Below are positions 11,797 to 25,526 of a stretch of DNA of 64,000 bases, piece by piece. The DNA lies in NCBI GenBank assembly GCA_045837725.1, contig JBEWZL010000098.1, forward strand, positions 124,001 through 188,000, in the 5' to 3' direction. Within the stretch, counting starts at the first letter, position 1. The number at the start of each line of letters is the position of its first letter. Below the pieces are notes generated by a model that worked only from the letters and a program-made list of their open reading frames with translations, had not been told where the DNA came from and searched no databases. Source of the stretch: Vermamoeba vermiformis (lineage: Eukaryota). Both the position numbers and the translations under genes were made by a program.

Positions 11797-14639
11797 ATGC
11801 AAGCTTTACTTGAACGAGCACGCAGAAAAAAGGAAGAAGAGGAGGCTAAAAAAATGGATTCTGATAAGCAACAACAGTTGCAAGAGAAAGTACGACTTTC
11901 ACTGAAATATTCAACTTTAAGCCGATCTGCATTCCAATCTAATTTACAATTTCTATAAAATAGCAACTTAATTATGCTATTAGAATTAACACCGATTTTA
12001 TTTGATTTTAATTTCAAAATTATTTTTAGTTTGCTCAGATCCAGCTTCCCGAGACTTCCTTAGGCCCTCCAGAAATTGATCCTAGTGAAATTACTATAGA
12101 ACGCGTATTAGGCGACGGTAGTTTTGGCACAGTCTATCAAGGTACGCAATTAAATCAAATAAACTTGAATTTTCAGAATTTTATGCACGCATTTATTTTC
12201 AGCCGTTATTGTCGTGGGAAATTATTATTTTAATTATTATACTTAATATTAATATTTACTTATGATTTATTGACAGGCCAATGCAGATCGAAAAAAGTAG
12301 CGGTCAAAAAGTTGATAAAACAAAACTTAGACGAGAAAGAACTTCAAGATTTTCGGCGAGAAATTGAAATATTATCGTAAGCATTATAAACAAATTAGTT
12401 GTTAGCGTTGTTATGAATATGAACCACAATCGAACGGATCTAAAAAAGGAAAATTTCGTACGAATTATTATTCAACAATTTTATTAATTCTTTTATTTTT
12501 AGCTCAATTTTTTCTCCGAATATTTGCTTGTTTATGGGTGCATGCACAGCGCCTGGAAATTTGATGATTGTCACCGAACTCATGCGCAGTGACTTGGAGC
12601 AACTGTTACAAGATGAAGGTACTATATATCATTATTAATACTATATATAATAATATATCGTTATTATTCGATTTGCTATCGGCTATTAAAATTTAGATTT
12701 TAATTTTTTCACGGTTGTTAGGCGTGCAGTTGACGCTGTTCATGCGCATTAAGATGGGCAAAGAAATAGCACTGGGCATGAACTGGCTGCACCAGAACAA
12801 GCCTACAATCATTCACCGCGATCTCAAGCCCAGCAACATTCTAGTCGATGAGAATTTGAACGTCAAAGTGAGCGACTTTGGGCTGTCACAGATCAAGTGG
12901 ACCAACGCGAAATTGAGCGCAAAGGGCGAGCCAGGCAGTGCTTATTGGTACGTACTATGATCTAATAGTAATACTATTTCATAATATACCGTTATTATAT
13001 ATTAAAACAAAATTGATTTTTTTATGCGACATCCAACTTAAACTTAATTATCGGCAATATTTTACATATATAATTCGTTAAATATATAATTCGATGGTAT
13101 TTTAATTATTAATTTTAACACTAATATTCGTTTGTTAGGATGGCTCCTGAAGTATTGATGGGCAAAGAATACACTGAAAAATGTGATGTTTACAGCTTCG
13201 GCATTGGTACGTCAAACATAAATTATACTTAAATGATAGTACTGTATTAATATGTACCTTAATATATAGTGCTGTGGGAGTTATTAACGCGCAAAAAAGT
13301 GCCTTTTGAAGAGTACGATGACTGGGACGCTTTTCTGGATGCAGTCTGCAAACAAAATCAACGACCAGCGATACCTAACGGCACTAACCCTGGGTACGTA
13401 CTACCACTTTCATATTATACCGATTATATAAACCAAAAAAGAATGTTGATAAAATGACGGATCTGGATCCGACGTTGATTTTTTGTTTTGTTGCAGGTTG
13501 AAGACATTAATTGAAGATTGTTGGGCCTCAGATGACGCAGCACGACCACCGTTCTCGGCCATTGTAAAACGATTGGATACTATTCTTATAGACATTGCGG
13601 TCATGGATCTGCAAGCCAACACCTTTTGGAAGAAATATTTCCCGACCAGAGTAAGCCATTGATTTGAAATTTCCTTATTTGGCAAGTACTCACCGGCCAC
13701 GCATCATCTTAGGACCAAGTGCCTTGGAAAGATTTCATTAACGAGCTCGGTCGGTTCTTGAAGTTGACCGCCTGCGTCAACTTTTCATCGGCGCAGCGAT
13801 GGGTCAGCACGGCACCCGTGAGCGAATTGATTGAAAATCACATGGACCTGTTGGAGGGCACGAATTTATCTGTAAATGTACGGTGCTTGAAGAGTTTGGT
13901 GGCGGATAAATTGAAGACAAGCCAGGGTGTCATATTGGACTCGGACGAAGAAGTTGTGGGACTAGAAAAGTTTGGCAATGTTATGAGCTGGTTCGGACCA
14001 ATGAAAATTCCGAATTCTCCGAACGAGGAAACTGTACTCGATAAGGTAGGCGAAAAAATAATTGCAAAGTTTACTAACCACAATTCTACTTCGCCTTTTA
14101 TGGAAATATTAACGGTTTTATCTCAGATCCGAGAAGTATTAGCGTGCAATTGGTTCCACGGTGATATTGGCACTAAAGAAGCAGAGCGAATGTTGATGGG
14201 TGAAATTCCCGGAAGATTTTTCGTCCGATTTTCAACGACAACACCTGGTGGATTTACTATTAGCAAAGGTACGTCGTCACTTCACTAATACAACTAGTCT
14301 TTATATAGATATCTTTCAACCGTGAAAAAATACGCTTGACACGTGTCAAAAGGTCGTTGATTTTGATGTTTTTTGTTCACAGTTGGCAAGAAGCCTACGG
14401 ACGCAGCGACGAGCATTCGACATCAACGCATATCACATTCACTGACAGACGACAAGTACACCGTGCACCCGTCGAATAGATCTTACAACACACTGCAAGA
14501 TCTGATTGCAGCTGAAACGAGTGAACTACAGTTGTTACATCCGTATCCTGGTTCAAAGTACTTGTCGCTGTTCGTCGAACAAGATGTGTCGGGCTACAAA
14601 GAAGAGCCGGCACAGCAACCAGGCGACAAGCCCAAATAA
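11797..14639 (+). CDS. shk: SH2-domain TKL dual-specificity kinase (Dictyostelium Shk family-like)
   Basis: [24 protein letters not shown] and WMAPE kinase motifs, with a C-terminal SH2 ([21 protein letters not shown]). Confidence 0.9.
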
Positions 14640-14938
14640 AGGGGCATTTGATCCGAGATCTGATCCAAAAAAAACACTGATTAAGCACTATTTTTCAACG
14701 CCTAGGGCGTCCGAATGGCTGTGTTTAAGTTTTTCAAAAACAGGATCCATGTCCCGACCTGAAATCTCGCGCTATCGATTTCTCGCTTGGCCGCGTACAT
14801 TCTTAAAAAATAAAAGCATAATTGGTAAGTCTAATGCTAGGACTTGGATTTTTACAGTGACCTACTTTGATTGATTAACGATAGGACTTTTATTTGGTAC
14901 AAAATTGTCCGCTGTCGGATTTACAAGTAAATAAGTTA

Positions 14939-16025
14939 TTAGTTGGAGTAGGGCAAGAGAACGCGGTCGATAATGTGCACGACACCATTAATTGCAACAT
15001 TATCAGCATTCAAAACGTTAGCGTCGTTCACAGTAACGGATGCAGCTCCAGGGAATGACCGACGTCTGAAAGTTACAGGGAGAATGTTGTTGTCGTTGGC
15101 ATTAAGGGGCGAAGCTTGGAATCCATCGAAAATGTTGGTAGAGAACACTTGTTGCCTAATAAGCAAACGTTAATGTCATTCTTAAAATTTTTCTTGGATC
15201 CTTTTTCCGATCTATTTTCTGATTTCGTTTGTACTTACTGAAGCACGTGGTACACGAGAACGTTCTTCAAAATAGACGGATCGGTAACGCCGATAGAGCC
15301 CAAAATAGGGTCGTTGAAGGCGTCGTTGGTGGGAGCCAAAACGGTGTATAGAGCGTCAGGGTTTTGCAAAGCTTGATCCAATCCGTTCTGATCCAAAACA
15401 GCCTTCAGAGTGGAGAGTTGAGGATTGCTAGCAATAATAGCGTAGACACTGCTAGCGTAGGATTTGAAGAGCCAGGCGTCGTTAAGCAAAACTGTGTCGA
15501 TCGCATGCAAGATTCCGTTGGATGCTTGAACGTTGGCCTTAATGACTCGAGCGTTGTTCACTGAAATTGAGAAAGGAGTTAAGGTCTTTAAAGGACTGCG
15601 CACTTCGAGGTCGATAGCGCTGCCTTGAGCACTGATCAAAGTGGTGTTCATGGACGCTTGGAAAGCAAGTGCAGATGAAGGCAAAGCACCGGAAACGACC
15701 TACAGAGAGTTAGATTAGTTATCGTTAACGATTATTTTATGATTCTTACGTGGTAGGTGAGAACGCTGGTAAGCACATTAGAGTTAGCAGGATCGGTCAA
15801 AAACTTAAGAGTAGCGGCAGGCAAAGCGTTGAATGCAGTGTTGTTAGGAGCAAAGATAGTGTACAAAGCATTTCCGTTAAGAGCTTGGTCCAAACCAGTA
15901 GCTTGAAGCAGACTATAAAGAGTGGAAAAGTTCGGATCTGATGCGATCACTTGGGTCAGAGTCATGAACTGAGCAGTGCTGACTGAGAGTACTGCCAATA
16001 AAGCAACGATAGCAATAAGACGCAT
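14939..16025 (-). CDS. Secreted fasciclin (2x FAS1) protein
   Basis: Signal peptide, YTIFAPNNTAF and YTVLAPTNDAF, NGILHAIDTVL and NGVVHIIDRVL; three exons. Confidence 0.92.
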
Positions 16026-16701
16026 TGTGTACTAAGTAGTAGTGTTCTTGATTAACTGAAAGAAATATTGTCCGAACGTTCGCTTTTTAAGGTTTTTCTG
16101 ATTTTGCCAAATTTGGATCTTTCGAAGAAATTGCAAGCCATCTCGTGATGTAGCACTAATATTACAGAAAATTATATTACACTTTCTAACGCCGTTTGCT
16201 ATGCTCTTTCGATAGCCTAAGCTCTCTACCAGGTAGAAAATTGTTTATCAAGGTAACGGTACATTTTTTATTCCGATAAGTAGGAAACTGTAATCAATTG
16301 TCCGGTTCATACATCCATCCGACGTTTAGATGCGAACGCGTTGTGCAAGATCTCTGAAGTACTAGCTGAAGGTACAGCTCAACTTCAGATCAGAGGTTAG
16401 CGCTCATCCATTTCGGCGACGTTTAAGGATCCTAGAAATGGCCAGACGACGGTCGAGCGGCGAGATCTTCGTCTATACAGATCGAGAATCCATTTCAGAC
16501 TTTCTAATCTTGGAAAATATTCGGATATATAAATCTCCGTAGACCTTCTAAATTTTTAATGATAAAATTTGATCTTATCCAAATAAATGGACATGACGCA
16601 TAATAAGAGCGATGCCTACAAGACAATGAACTTCAAAAGTGTAGTAGTGGATTAAAAAAATGTACCCATGAAAGAAAGATTTATCAAGGGATCATTCTTT
16701 T

Positions 16702-19700
16702 TTATTTTCCGCCGTAGTGAGCTTTAAATTTGGTATGAAATTCGACTAAAATTGCTTGTCTGCGGCCAATAGCTTTAGCTCCTCCAACACACGTCGCGGC
16801 ATTAATGTACGTGCGGTGCTCATCATAATAGGCGCCATAGCCCTCTGTAATTATCATATGAATATGATATTATAGGCACTATTAGTAGGTCTCAGGCTTA
16901 CCGTGATTATGACCGAAGAGATGTAATTTGACATTTGGCTTGCGTTTCAACATGTGCGTCAGTGAGTCATCGCCACGACTGTCACCGCTGAAAATAATAT
17001 CGCTAAACGTATGCAGAAGTTAATACTATATAGATTCATATAAGGGTCTGTATATTAACGTACCCATATCCTTTCGGTGGCACGTGTGTGATGAGAAAAT
17101 CAGCGTCATCGGGAATGAGCTCTGGCTTCGACTTCCATTTCATGCCAAAGATGTTAATGCCTATATTTGGAGATGGTCAATACTATTTCCTTATTTGGTA
17201 ATGATCATTTCTTTGGACGTACCCTCGACGTTAATCATCTTGTCCTCTAAAAAGATGCAATTCTTCAAGTTGTTCCGACACAAGATCGGCAACATCTCGT
17301 GATTGCCCGCAATGACAATTTTGTGCTTGTAGTTCAGTGTGCCGAGCCAATCATCGAAGGCCTTGATTTCGTGCAACTGGCCGTGGACAGTAAAGTCACC
17401 TACGACGCGAAATTTCAGGTCACGTGATCGTACCTAACGAGCTCAATGTGACGTACCTGCGTGCAAGAGAATGTCACCGTCAGGCATGGGAATTCTGTGC
17501 GCGTAATTGTGCGTGTCAGACACCATCACAATGCGCAGTGGCTTGGAGTTTTTGATTTCATCTGACGACACGCCTTTGAGGGGCAGGTGAATGATCTAAA
17601 GAAGGCTGTCTGTCAGTACTGACACTCGAATGACACGTGTCAACCGTTCAAAATGAAAATTATATAGCGGGTCAGTTGACACGCGGGGCAAATTAAATCC
17701 TGTGACAGGTGTCAAACAGAGGTCTGTAACTACTTACAGTAGGCTTGGGCTTGACCTCTTGATCGGCTGTGAAATATTGGCAAAGTTAATAGTACGACCC
17801 AAACTATACTAAATATAGCTCCACGTACCGATCTCGATCAACTGTTTGACGGGCATGGGCGGAGGAACAGGCACGAATTGTTCCGTGTTCAGCAAGTCAA
17901 TCACGTCCTTCAAATTGTCTTTTTCAATGTCTGGCTCCGTGTCCATTTTCTCCGCGTCGGAGATTTTACTTTCTTCGAGCGCGACTTGACGGCCGAATAT
18001 TTGCAAAGATTCGATGGCGATTGGTTGTGCTGTCCTAAGGCCTGCTGTCACATTTTGAAATTTCCATTGCTCGTCCCACCAAACGTCACAGAGGTCACCA
18101 GTACCGTTTGCAAAAATGATGTGCGGGCACTTGTTGTACACGCACCACAACTTGCTGTAACGCCAAAAATAGATTAGACTTGCCTTATATGGTAAGTACC
18201 CGACACCTACCTTGCATTAATATCAGTTGTGACCATGGCGCGTTTGGAGATAGTCGCGTGTCGCCATCGACTTTTGCTGTGGTCCCACCAAATCTCGTGC
18301 AGGAGATTGTCCGAGCGCATAAAATACACGTGCATTTCATTCGTGAAACACGCGATTGGCGAGGACGACACTTTGTCAGCCGGTGACACGTACCGTCTGA
18401 ATTATTGCAAAGATTAGATTCATGAACCAATTCCACGCCGTCAAGCCCTAACATTACCTCAACGAGATATTTTTCCACTTGTCGTCCGGTCGTTTGAACA
18501 GTTCTCGCAAAGTGTCATCAGCAGCGCGGTAAAACAAATGAATCACGCGATGTCGGCCCACGCGTTCAATGCACGTGGGGTCTCCGATGCAAATAGGCGT
18601 GCGCGACGATGAGTCTATGTTGTTTGAGGCATCTTCACTAATGTTGTAATTGGTCCACTAACAATACAAATTGTCAGATCTGCCTTGGGTTGTCTTTGCA
18701 AGTATTTTTTTCGTATTGACTATATTTGGTAATAATACATACAGTTTTCGTCTCTAAATTGTACTGCACTTCAAAAATGGATCCGCCAGCATTGCGGAAA
18801 AACACGTGAATAATGTCGTCCATTGTCACCAGCACTAAAGGCATTACCCAAGTTATTAGTACTTGCCTAATATAGTAATAATAAATCAAACTCAAAATAC
18901 CTTGAGGATTGCCATCGATATCAGTGCCGTCAAAGACAACCAAAGCCACATCCGCAACTGAGGGATCAGCATACTTCAACTAAGAAATAGCGATATTAAG
19001 CGATGTTGCAATATTAGCGCTATTATAATAATCGAGTTTCTTACGAGACAGAGCTGATTTTTAGTGTTTTTGAAAAAGACGTATTGGATGCCGGCTACTT
19101 TGCATGCTGCAGGAACACCAGCTGCCTAATTAAATAATCGTATTAATAATGTGTTGTTATGGACTATGGACGTTATGTTTGAAGCGACAGGAAATGGAGA
19201 CTAAATTTTCATTACCTGGATGCCGCTGTCCTTAAGCAGGAGAGGAGTCACTACGATTTGGTCCGTCTTTATTTTAACTCTATAATTGAAAAATATGCAA
19301 AAATTAATTCTATGATATTTAGAGTAAATTTAAATATAACTTACCGATCTCTAAATTCATAAATAAGACCATCATGGTCTTTAAAAAATAATGTAATATT
19401 TTTCTTATCATTTCCAACGACGTTAGATACTAAGTAAGGTGTTTTTGACTTGGAAGGAAGTGGTCTTGAATTATGAATCCAGTCTCCAGGCGTTAACTCT
19501 TCAATATTCCGTTGTAAGCGGTGTACGTTGCCCTTTTGATCGGTATAGTAGAAGAATAAATCCTTAGACCTTGGCAGTATGAAGCTCATTGTGGTAACTG
19601 CTTTGAAGGTTGATCTTGAATTCCGAAAGAGACAACAGAAATTTAGTTGTACTTTTAATTATCCGGTCAAATTTACATCTTTTTTATTCCATGAAGGAAT

Positions 19701-22700
19701 CTGTACATAAATTACATGCTTAATCCACATACCCTGACGTCAATTTCTCTTTTGCCTGCGGATGGTCCAACGAATCTGTATCCGACTCATCGCTCGAACT
19801 GCTGTAATCAATTCGCTCTTGCAACGAGTGTGTTTCCGACTTGCCACTAGCATTACTAGCATTGCTAACGGTACTAGCTCCATCGTGAATCAGTGGGGAC
19901 GCGTCGCCTTCACTTTTGGAAATGTGCTGAGGCGGAGTTACGTTCAATGAGGGCGTGCTAGGCACTGAACGGTGACGTTGAAACGCTGGGTCCCGCTTCA
20001 TGTCCTCCAAGGACAACAATATTTCATTGAAGTCGGGTCGCTCCTCAGGTACCTGGCTCCAACAGCTCTGTTCGAAAGTTAGATCCGACCTCACCTAAAA
20101 CTTGTACCCGAAATTATCACGTACCTCCATGAGTTTCTTCCAAGCAGCAGGACAGTCTTCAGGTATAGGAGGTCTATATCCATGGTGCGCTATCATGTCT
20201 GCGAGCTGCAGTGTTGATTTGTCGGTGGGACACGGATCTTTTGCTGTCAACATCTCCCACAGCACGACACCAAATGAATAGACATCTGCTTTTTCAGTGA
20301 ATACTTGGCCCTATAGTTAATATAATATAAGTATATAGTGATGCAATAACAAAGCCGTCGATGGGGCACGTACTCTGATAACCTCGGGTGACATCCAAGG
20401 CACAGCTCCAAGAGTTGTAGAAATGGTCTTATTGTCGTGCTTTAGCTTTGACAAACCAAAATCGGCAACTTTTGCACGATATTTCTCGTCCATCTGAAAT
20501 TTATTGTTAGATTCGACCGTTTGTCGTTGGGTGGACTTACCAAAATATTTCTGCAGCTCAAATCACGATGCAGAATAGGAATGCCGTGCAAATAACTCAT
20601 GCCTTGAGCGATTTCAATGGCAGTCATAAGCTTTTGATAGTTGGTGGGCAGATGCTTTTGTCGTTGGTACGGATTGTGCAGCAGATCGTACAAAGAACCG
20701 CCTTTCATAAACTCCGTAACAATAGCCTTGCATTCGGGACTAAGAACAGCACCCAAAAACAAGATGACTCGCGGATGTCGCAGTTTTCTGTTCATGAAAC
20801 AAAATGGTTAATAGACTTTCCAAATTAGGGCAAAATAAACGGTTCGCTTGATTCATGAAATCAACAAAACAAGATTAAGACACTACTTACGTTAATATCT
20901 CGACTTCTCTAATGAACAAGTCTTCGTCGTTCTTCTCTTTAAAGCTCTCACGATAAATAATTTTGATCGCAACATCGCTGCCGCGCCATTTGCCTTTGCG
21001 AACTTCGCCAAAAAATCCTTTGCCAAGAATTTGACCAAAGACTAGTTGTTCTTTGGGTATCTCCCACATGTAGCTATTTCCATGCGATAATCGATCTAAA
21101 ATCAAAAATTAGATCAAGATCTGGATGGGCTGATCTGCCACCGTACCTCTAGGACTAGTCAAGTTGCCAGTCGAGTTCGTTGGCTTTACTATGCTCGAGC
21201 CACTCGTTGGCAAGGAATTGCTTATGGATTTAGAGGAGTCTGTGACGTAGTAAGCATTGTTCGAATTCGAACTTGTGTTACCATTCGAGCCATTTGTCAA
21301 TCGCACTGAATTACCACTGTGTGGCTTAGAAATATCAACCGAGTCTGTCAACTCGTAGTCCGTGCTGTCACCACTGTCATCAGATCTCTTGGACTCGTTC
21401 AAATGTTGCGAAGATTGGCTCAAGTTGGGGCTGTACACCGTGCCACTCGTCACGAGACCTTTGTCCTCGAAGACGAATAGTTTCAGAGCCTTGTGATGTC
21501 CGTAGAGCGCTAAGAAATAATCCAAATCTAAAGCGCCGTAAGTAAGTATTGATTTTTCCTAAAAAGGCAAGTCATTACCTTGTTGCTTGGTTATCCTAAT
21601 CAAGTCGCCGTCCTCGTCCATAAACTTGATTACTAATCTCTCTCGGTTATATTCTTCGAGGACCTGGGCTAGTAGAAACTGCACTGTAAGCTGCTTCGCC
21701 TCGACGGTTACTAGTCGCACATCATCCTCCAAAAAACACTTGAACACGCGGGTATGTTTGCTCGATTTACTCGCTCTTTTTCTTTGTCTTTCTTCTTTTT
21801 CAGTGTTACTATGCTTACTATTGCTCTCTGTCTTCTCTTCAGCACTCGTGGTCAAAATTGTTGCGTGTTTCGGTGATTTCAATGTCTGATTCGCTTGTTG
21901 CGTGGATGCGATACTCGCGCTTCGGTGATGGCTTGGGATTAATATAGGAGGTACCTTTGTATGATGATCAGCGTCAATTGATCTCCTACGATGTTCTACC
22001 TTGTCGGGTGTAACGGTAACTGTTTTGTTGTCAGATTTGGCATGCGAGATGTGACCCAGAGGAAAAGTAACTGACGATTTCAAAGTATGATCGAATGATT
22101 CTGATCGAGCTCTTACTATCGCATCGTTCGGTTGTGCCGAATGTGTTGGGTAATCTCGCTGAGATTTGCTGCCTGACGGAACTTCTTCCAAATCTGGCGG
22201 GTCTCCCTTTTTGGTGTCCTTCTTTTTGGGTTTTTTAACCATCAGCCACGTGAAAGTATATCCTCGCGTCTTTTTGTCTTGAAATAAATCTAAATTTGCT
22301 GCGTTCTCTGGATTTGAGTCTTTCAGCGCGACAATTGCTTTGTGATCCATCAAAATCTGACAAAATCGTGATGCTTTATGTCTAGACCACGAGTGTATAT
22401 CATTGGTTAGCCAATCAACTGCTTCAGAACCTAAATTACATTTTCAATTAAAAAAAATCTGCGTAACGGATCACAAATTTTTAGAAAAGCGAAAAAACAA
22501 AATCGAGGTATGCGTATTATGTATTTGCATGAATTATTACCAGTAAATCCCTTTGCAACCTTCCAGGAATGCTTTCGGAGCTTTACGCCAGTTTTCTCGT
22601 CTGACATGCGACTTAAAAGTCGTCGGATCTGCAGAAAAAGCAATTAATTGCTGCAATTTATCCTAATATTAAAAATGCATTAAGTACTCTAATGTCGTAG

Positions 22701-23135
22701 TGATATCATCGGTCGCTTCGCGTGCTATTGAAAAAAAGAATTTGATCGCACGCTAGCTCCATCCGGAAACAATTTAATACGGCAGAGTAACTATTATACT
22801 GCTACTATAATTAAGTACCTCTGCCTCTTCAAAATATTTTTCTTCTAGGTTGCTCATGATCTCAGCTCGTTTTGCTGCTATCAGTTGTTGCGCATCCTTC
22901 CCGCTAAAGCTGTCTTGAATGCTTTGAAGACTATTCATAGTCTTTTTCTATATTAAATAAAATACTGGGATTAATATATGCGGGATCGGGTTTAGTTAAA
23001 TAATTGTTTTGAGATCTCAGATGTATGTCGGTTACTTACTTCAGCTTCAAGTATTTTAGTCTTCAACGCGTGATAAAACGAGTTTGAATGCTCGTTCTTC
23101 TCGCTGGCTGGCTTGGATGTGGTCAGATTGCTCAT
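16702..23135 (-). CDS. Multidomain protein: DEP - PB1 - TKL kinase - Trp-rich beta-propeller (fucose-lectin-like) - metallophosphoesterase
   Basis: Splice phases are compatible at the inter-domain junctions I checked. DEP (GFTGSEAVDWL..CQILMDHKAI), PB1 (IKFMDEDGDLIRI), kinase (GKGFFG, HRDLSCRN, DFG, WMSPE), repeats (HVFFRNAGGSIFEV, HLFYRAADDTLREL, HVYFMRSDNLLHEIWW) and MPP motifs (SDTH, HAGD, GNHE, TH, GHNH). Confidence 0.8.
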
Positions 23136-23761
23136 TTTTGGAAATCCAACAGTCCACGCTCATACAACGCTATTTAACTTTCAAATAAATATCTAGTATA
23201 CTATATGTATTATTATAAGTCTTTGTTGATTATTGCATCGCGTGTGGTGCTCTGTGTCGCAACGAATACTTCACTGAATTAAAACACACCGCCCGACAAA
23301 ATATTTTCGCCATTTGAAAAATAATCGTGAACTCAAATCAGTAAATATGACTATATTGGGCGCGGAATAGGAGGGATAATTCAACGCTCATATTATCTAT
23401 CGAAAAAACTGTGTTGGTAAGTTCCGTAGAGATGTAGCGTGGATTAAGGCCATTGTTCTTCGGATAACGAATAATATAGATATTATTACTGAGTATATGT
23501 ATGGTTTTTTAAATTAAATACCACTGTATAATAACTAAAAGGACGTATGTTTACCAATATTTCAAATGTCGTTTTGTTCTTTAAGCAGCCACTAAATACT
23601 TATTAAGAAAGACCATACTGCGTGCCTATATTATCTGTGTTCGTTGATTTGAAATTTGAAATTTAATGCCGAATCTGACTTAAACCTTCGGTTTTGTTAA
23701 CGTAATCTTATTTCTTCCCAATGTTTCGTGCAACAACAACTAACGACCATAATCAACGCAA

Positions 23762-23949
23762 ATGTCCACGTTAATACTGGATTACAATGGTTTCAACACC
23801 AGCGCGTGGAGCTTCGCTGCGGATTTGCTGGCAAAAGTCTTGGAACGACCAAATAATATTTGTTTATCACCCCTTAGCGTGTAAATTTGTAAGTACAGCA
23901 TCATTACAAATTTATTAATCATAACAATCCAAAAATACGAGATCCAAAA
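23762..23949 (+). pseudogene. Truncated duplicate of serpin exon 1 plus start of intron 1
   Basis: Near-identical to 26100-26287 (MSTLILDYNGFNTSAW.FAADLLAKVLERPNNICLSP), but CAA has become a TAA stop at ~23882 and no downstream serpin exons follow. Confidence 0.85.
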
Positions 23950-24060
23950 TAATAATAATTTCAGGCGATTAGAATTTGAGCCAACGTATTATGCGGAGCA
24001 AAAAAACGAAAAAGACCGCCAAAAAATTATTGTTTATCTTTTTTTCGTTTGTTACAACAA

Positions 24061-25526
24061 ATGAGTTCCAAAAGAGTGCGGGGAGCTAAAAGACGAGCTA
24101 GTAAGCAGATAAAATGTATAAATAGAATATTAAAATCAGGCCTTGGATTCAAATAAATTCCTTTACATTCTCTTCGCATTAAAATACCTGCTAATATTGC
24201 TCTCATTTTATTAATCGCATTTTATCGCAGAACTAGTCGAACCCTTTGCCGAGTAAGCAATCCAATCTTCCTTGTAGCAATATAATTATATTCATAACCG
24301 CCAATTCAGTACTTCCACAATGCTGGAAGAAATTTTTGATGAAGATCTGCTCGACAAGAACAACATCCATTCCTTCCTCTTGCATGACGTGCAGCAGATC
24401 GCTACTATAGTGCCAGAACAAGGAACACTGCATTCATTGCTCGAAGATTTGTTTAAAGCGAATACTGCAACCAACGCCCAACTCTCTACGGAGGAGGTAT
24501 GCTAAAATTGCAGAATCGTATTAATTTAATGTAATACCCTGCAGAAGCAATTGCTTGATTGTGAATATGGGGATTGTGATCATATATTAGGACCTAGGTT
24601 CAAGGAACTGCTAGGTGAGATTCCAGAGGACAACGAGGGAGAATGGATCGCCCGCTGCCACAACCGCTTATCTGAACTTTTTCGCTATTTAAAAACTTGG
24701 AAAGCCAGTTCTGTTGTGTAAGTGTCACTAAATAATAAGATTATTTATTTACATACTATTTCAATAGCTCTGCCATCATTAACGAAGGAGTTAAACCAGA
24801 TCGAATTTTTGGATTCAATTTTGTTCCAGAGGATGATTATGATGCAGAAGTAAGTGAAACAATTGTCGATTTATTGTTGAATTTGAGATAATGTTTGTGA
24901 GATAGATGCGTTTCCCAGGCTGGTACAACACCGGCATCTGCTGGCCGTTTTTGATGATTGAAAGCAAACCAAAGACCTACCAGAAAAAAGTTGGAGACAC
25001 GTAAGCTACACTTCATATAATATTTTTGACTTATTTTGACCCACAGATGGAAGATGGCAATTATTGAAGCTTTTGCCGTCGAACAACAAACTCAGGTTTT
25101 GAAAGATCTTAAAGTGCCATTAGATAGTACCTACTTTGTCCAGTCTCATCTACCGATCTCATTTGGAGTATATTATGTGGGCCATGTTGTGAGAATCAGC
25201 GTCTACTTCATTCTCGGGCAACAGCATTATTTTGTCCAGTTTCCGGCACTGAGTTTGGCTGCTAAGGCAACAAACATACTGAAGATGTTTGCCATAATGA
25301 AGGTAATGTTAGTTATTATAGGGAGGAATGAAAGATTTGCTAATTTTGAAAAAAGAGATACTCAAGCAAGATGTGTGAAAGTATCATGAATGCTTTCTCG
25401 CAAAGACATTGGGGCAACAGGAATATCCCTGTTAACGATAATGCACTGACAATTGAAAAAGCCAATTCAGAATCTAGATCTACATCTGGAGTCAGTCTGG
25501 TGCCCCAGTATTCATCCACGTCATGA
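24061..25526 (+). CDS. Putative PD-(D/E)XK (restriction-endonuclease fold) protein
   Basis: Eight-exon model with consistent phases. Motifs VKPDRIFGF ... CWPFLMIESKP are followed by a helix and FGVYYVG/VRISVYF strands. Confidence 0.6.

Noticed and set aside
16300-16530. Moderately GC-rich intergenic stretch that looks coding
   Set aside because: The most coding-like frame has an in-frame stop and no domain similarity. It may be a relic, but I cannot support that.
16702-19615. Treating the propeller and metallophosphoesterase as genes separate from the kinase
   Set aside because: The apparent stops at 19720 and 17809 lie inside GT-AG introns whose removal keeps the frame, and there is no promoter-sized gap between the parts.
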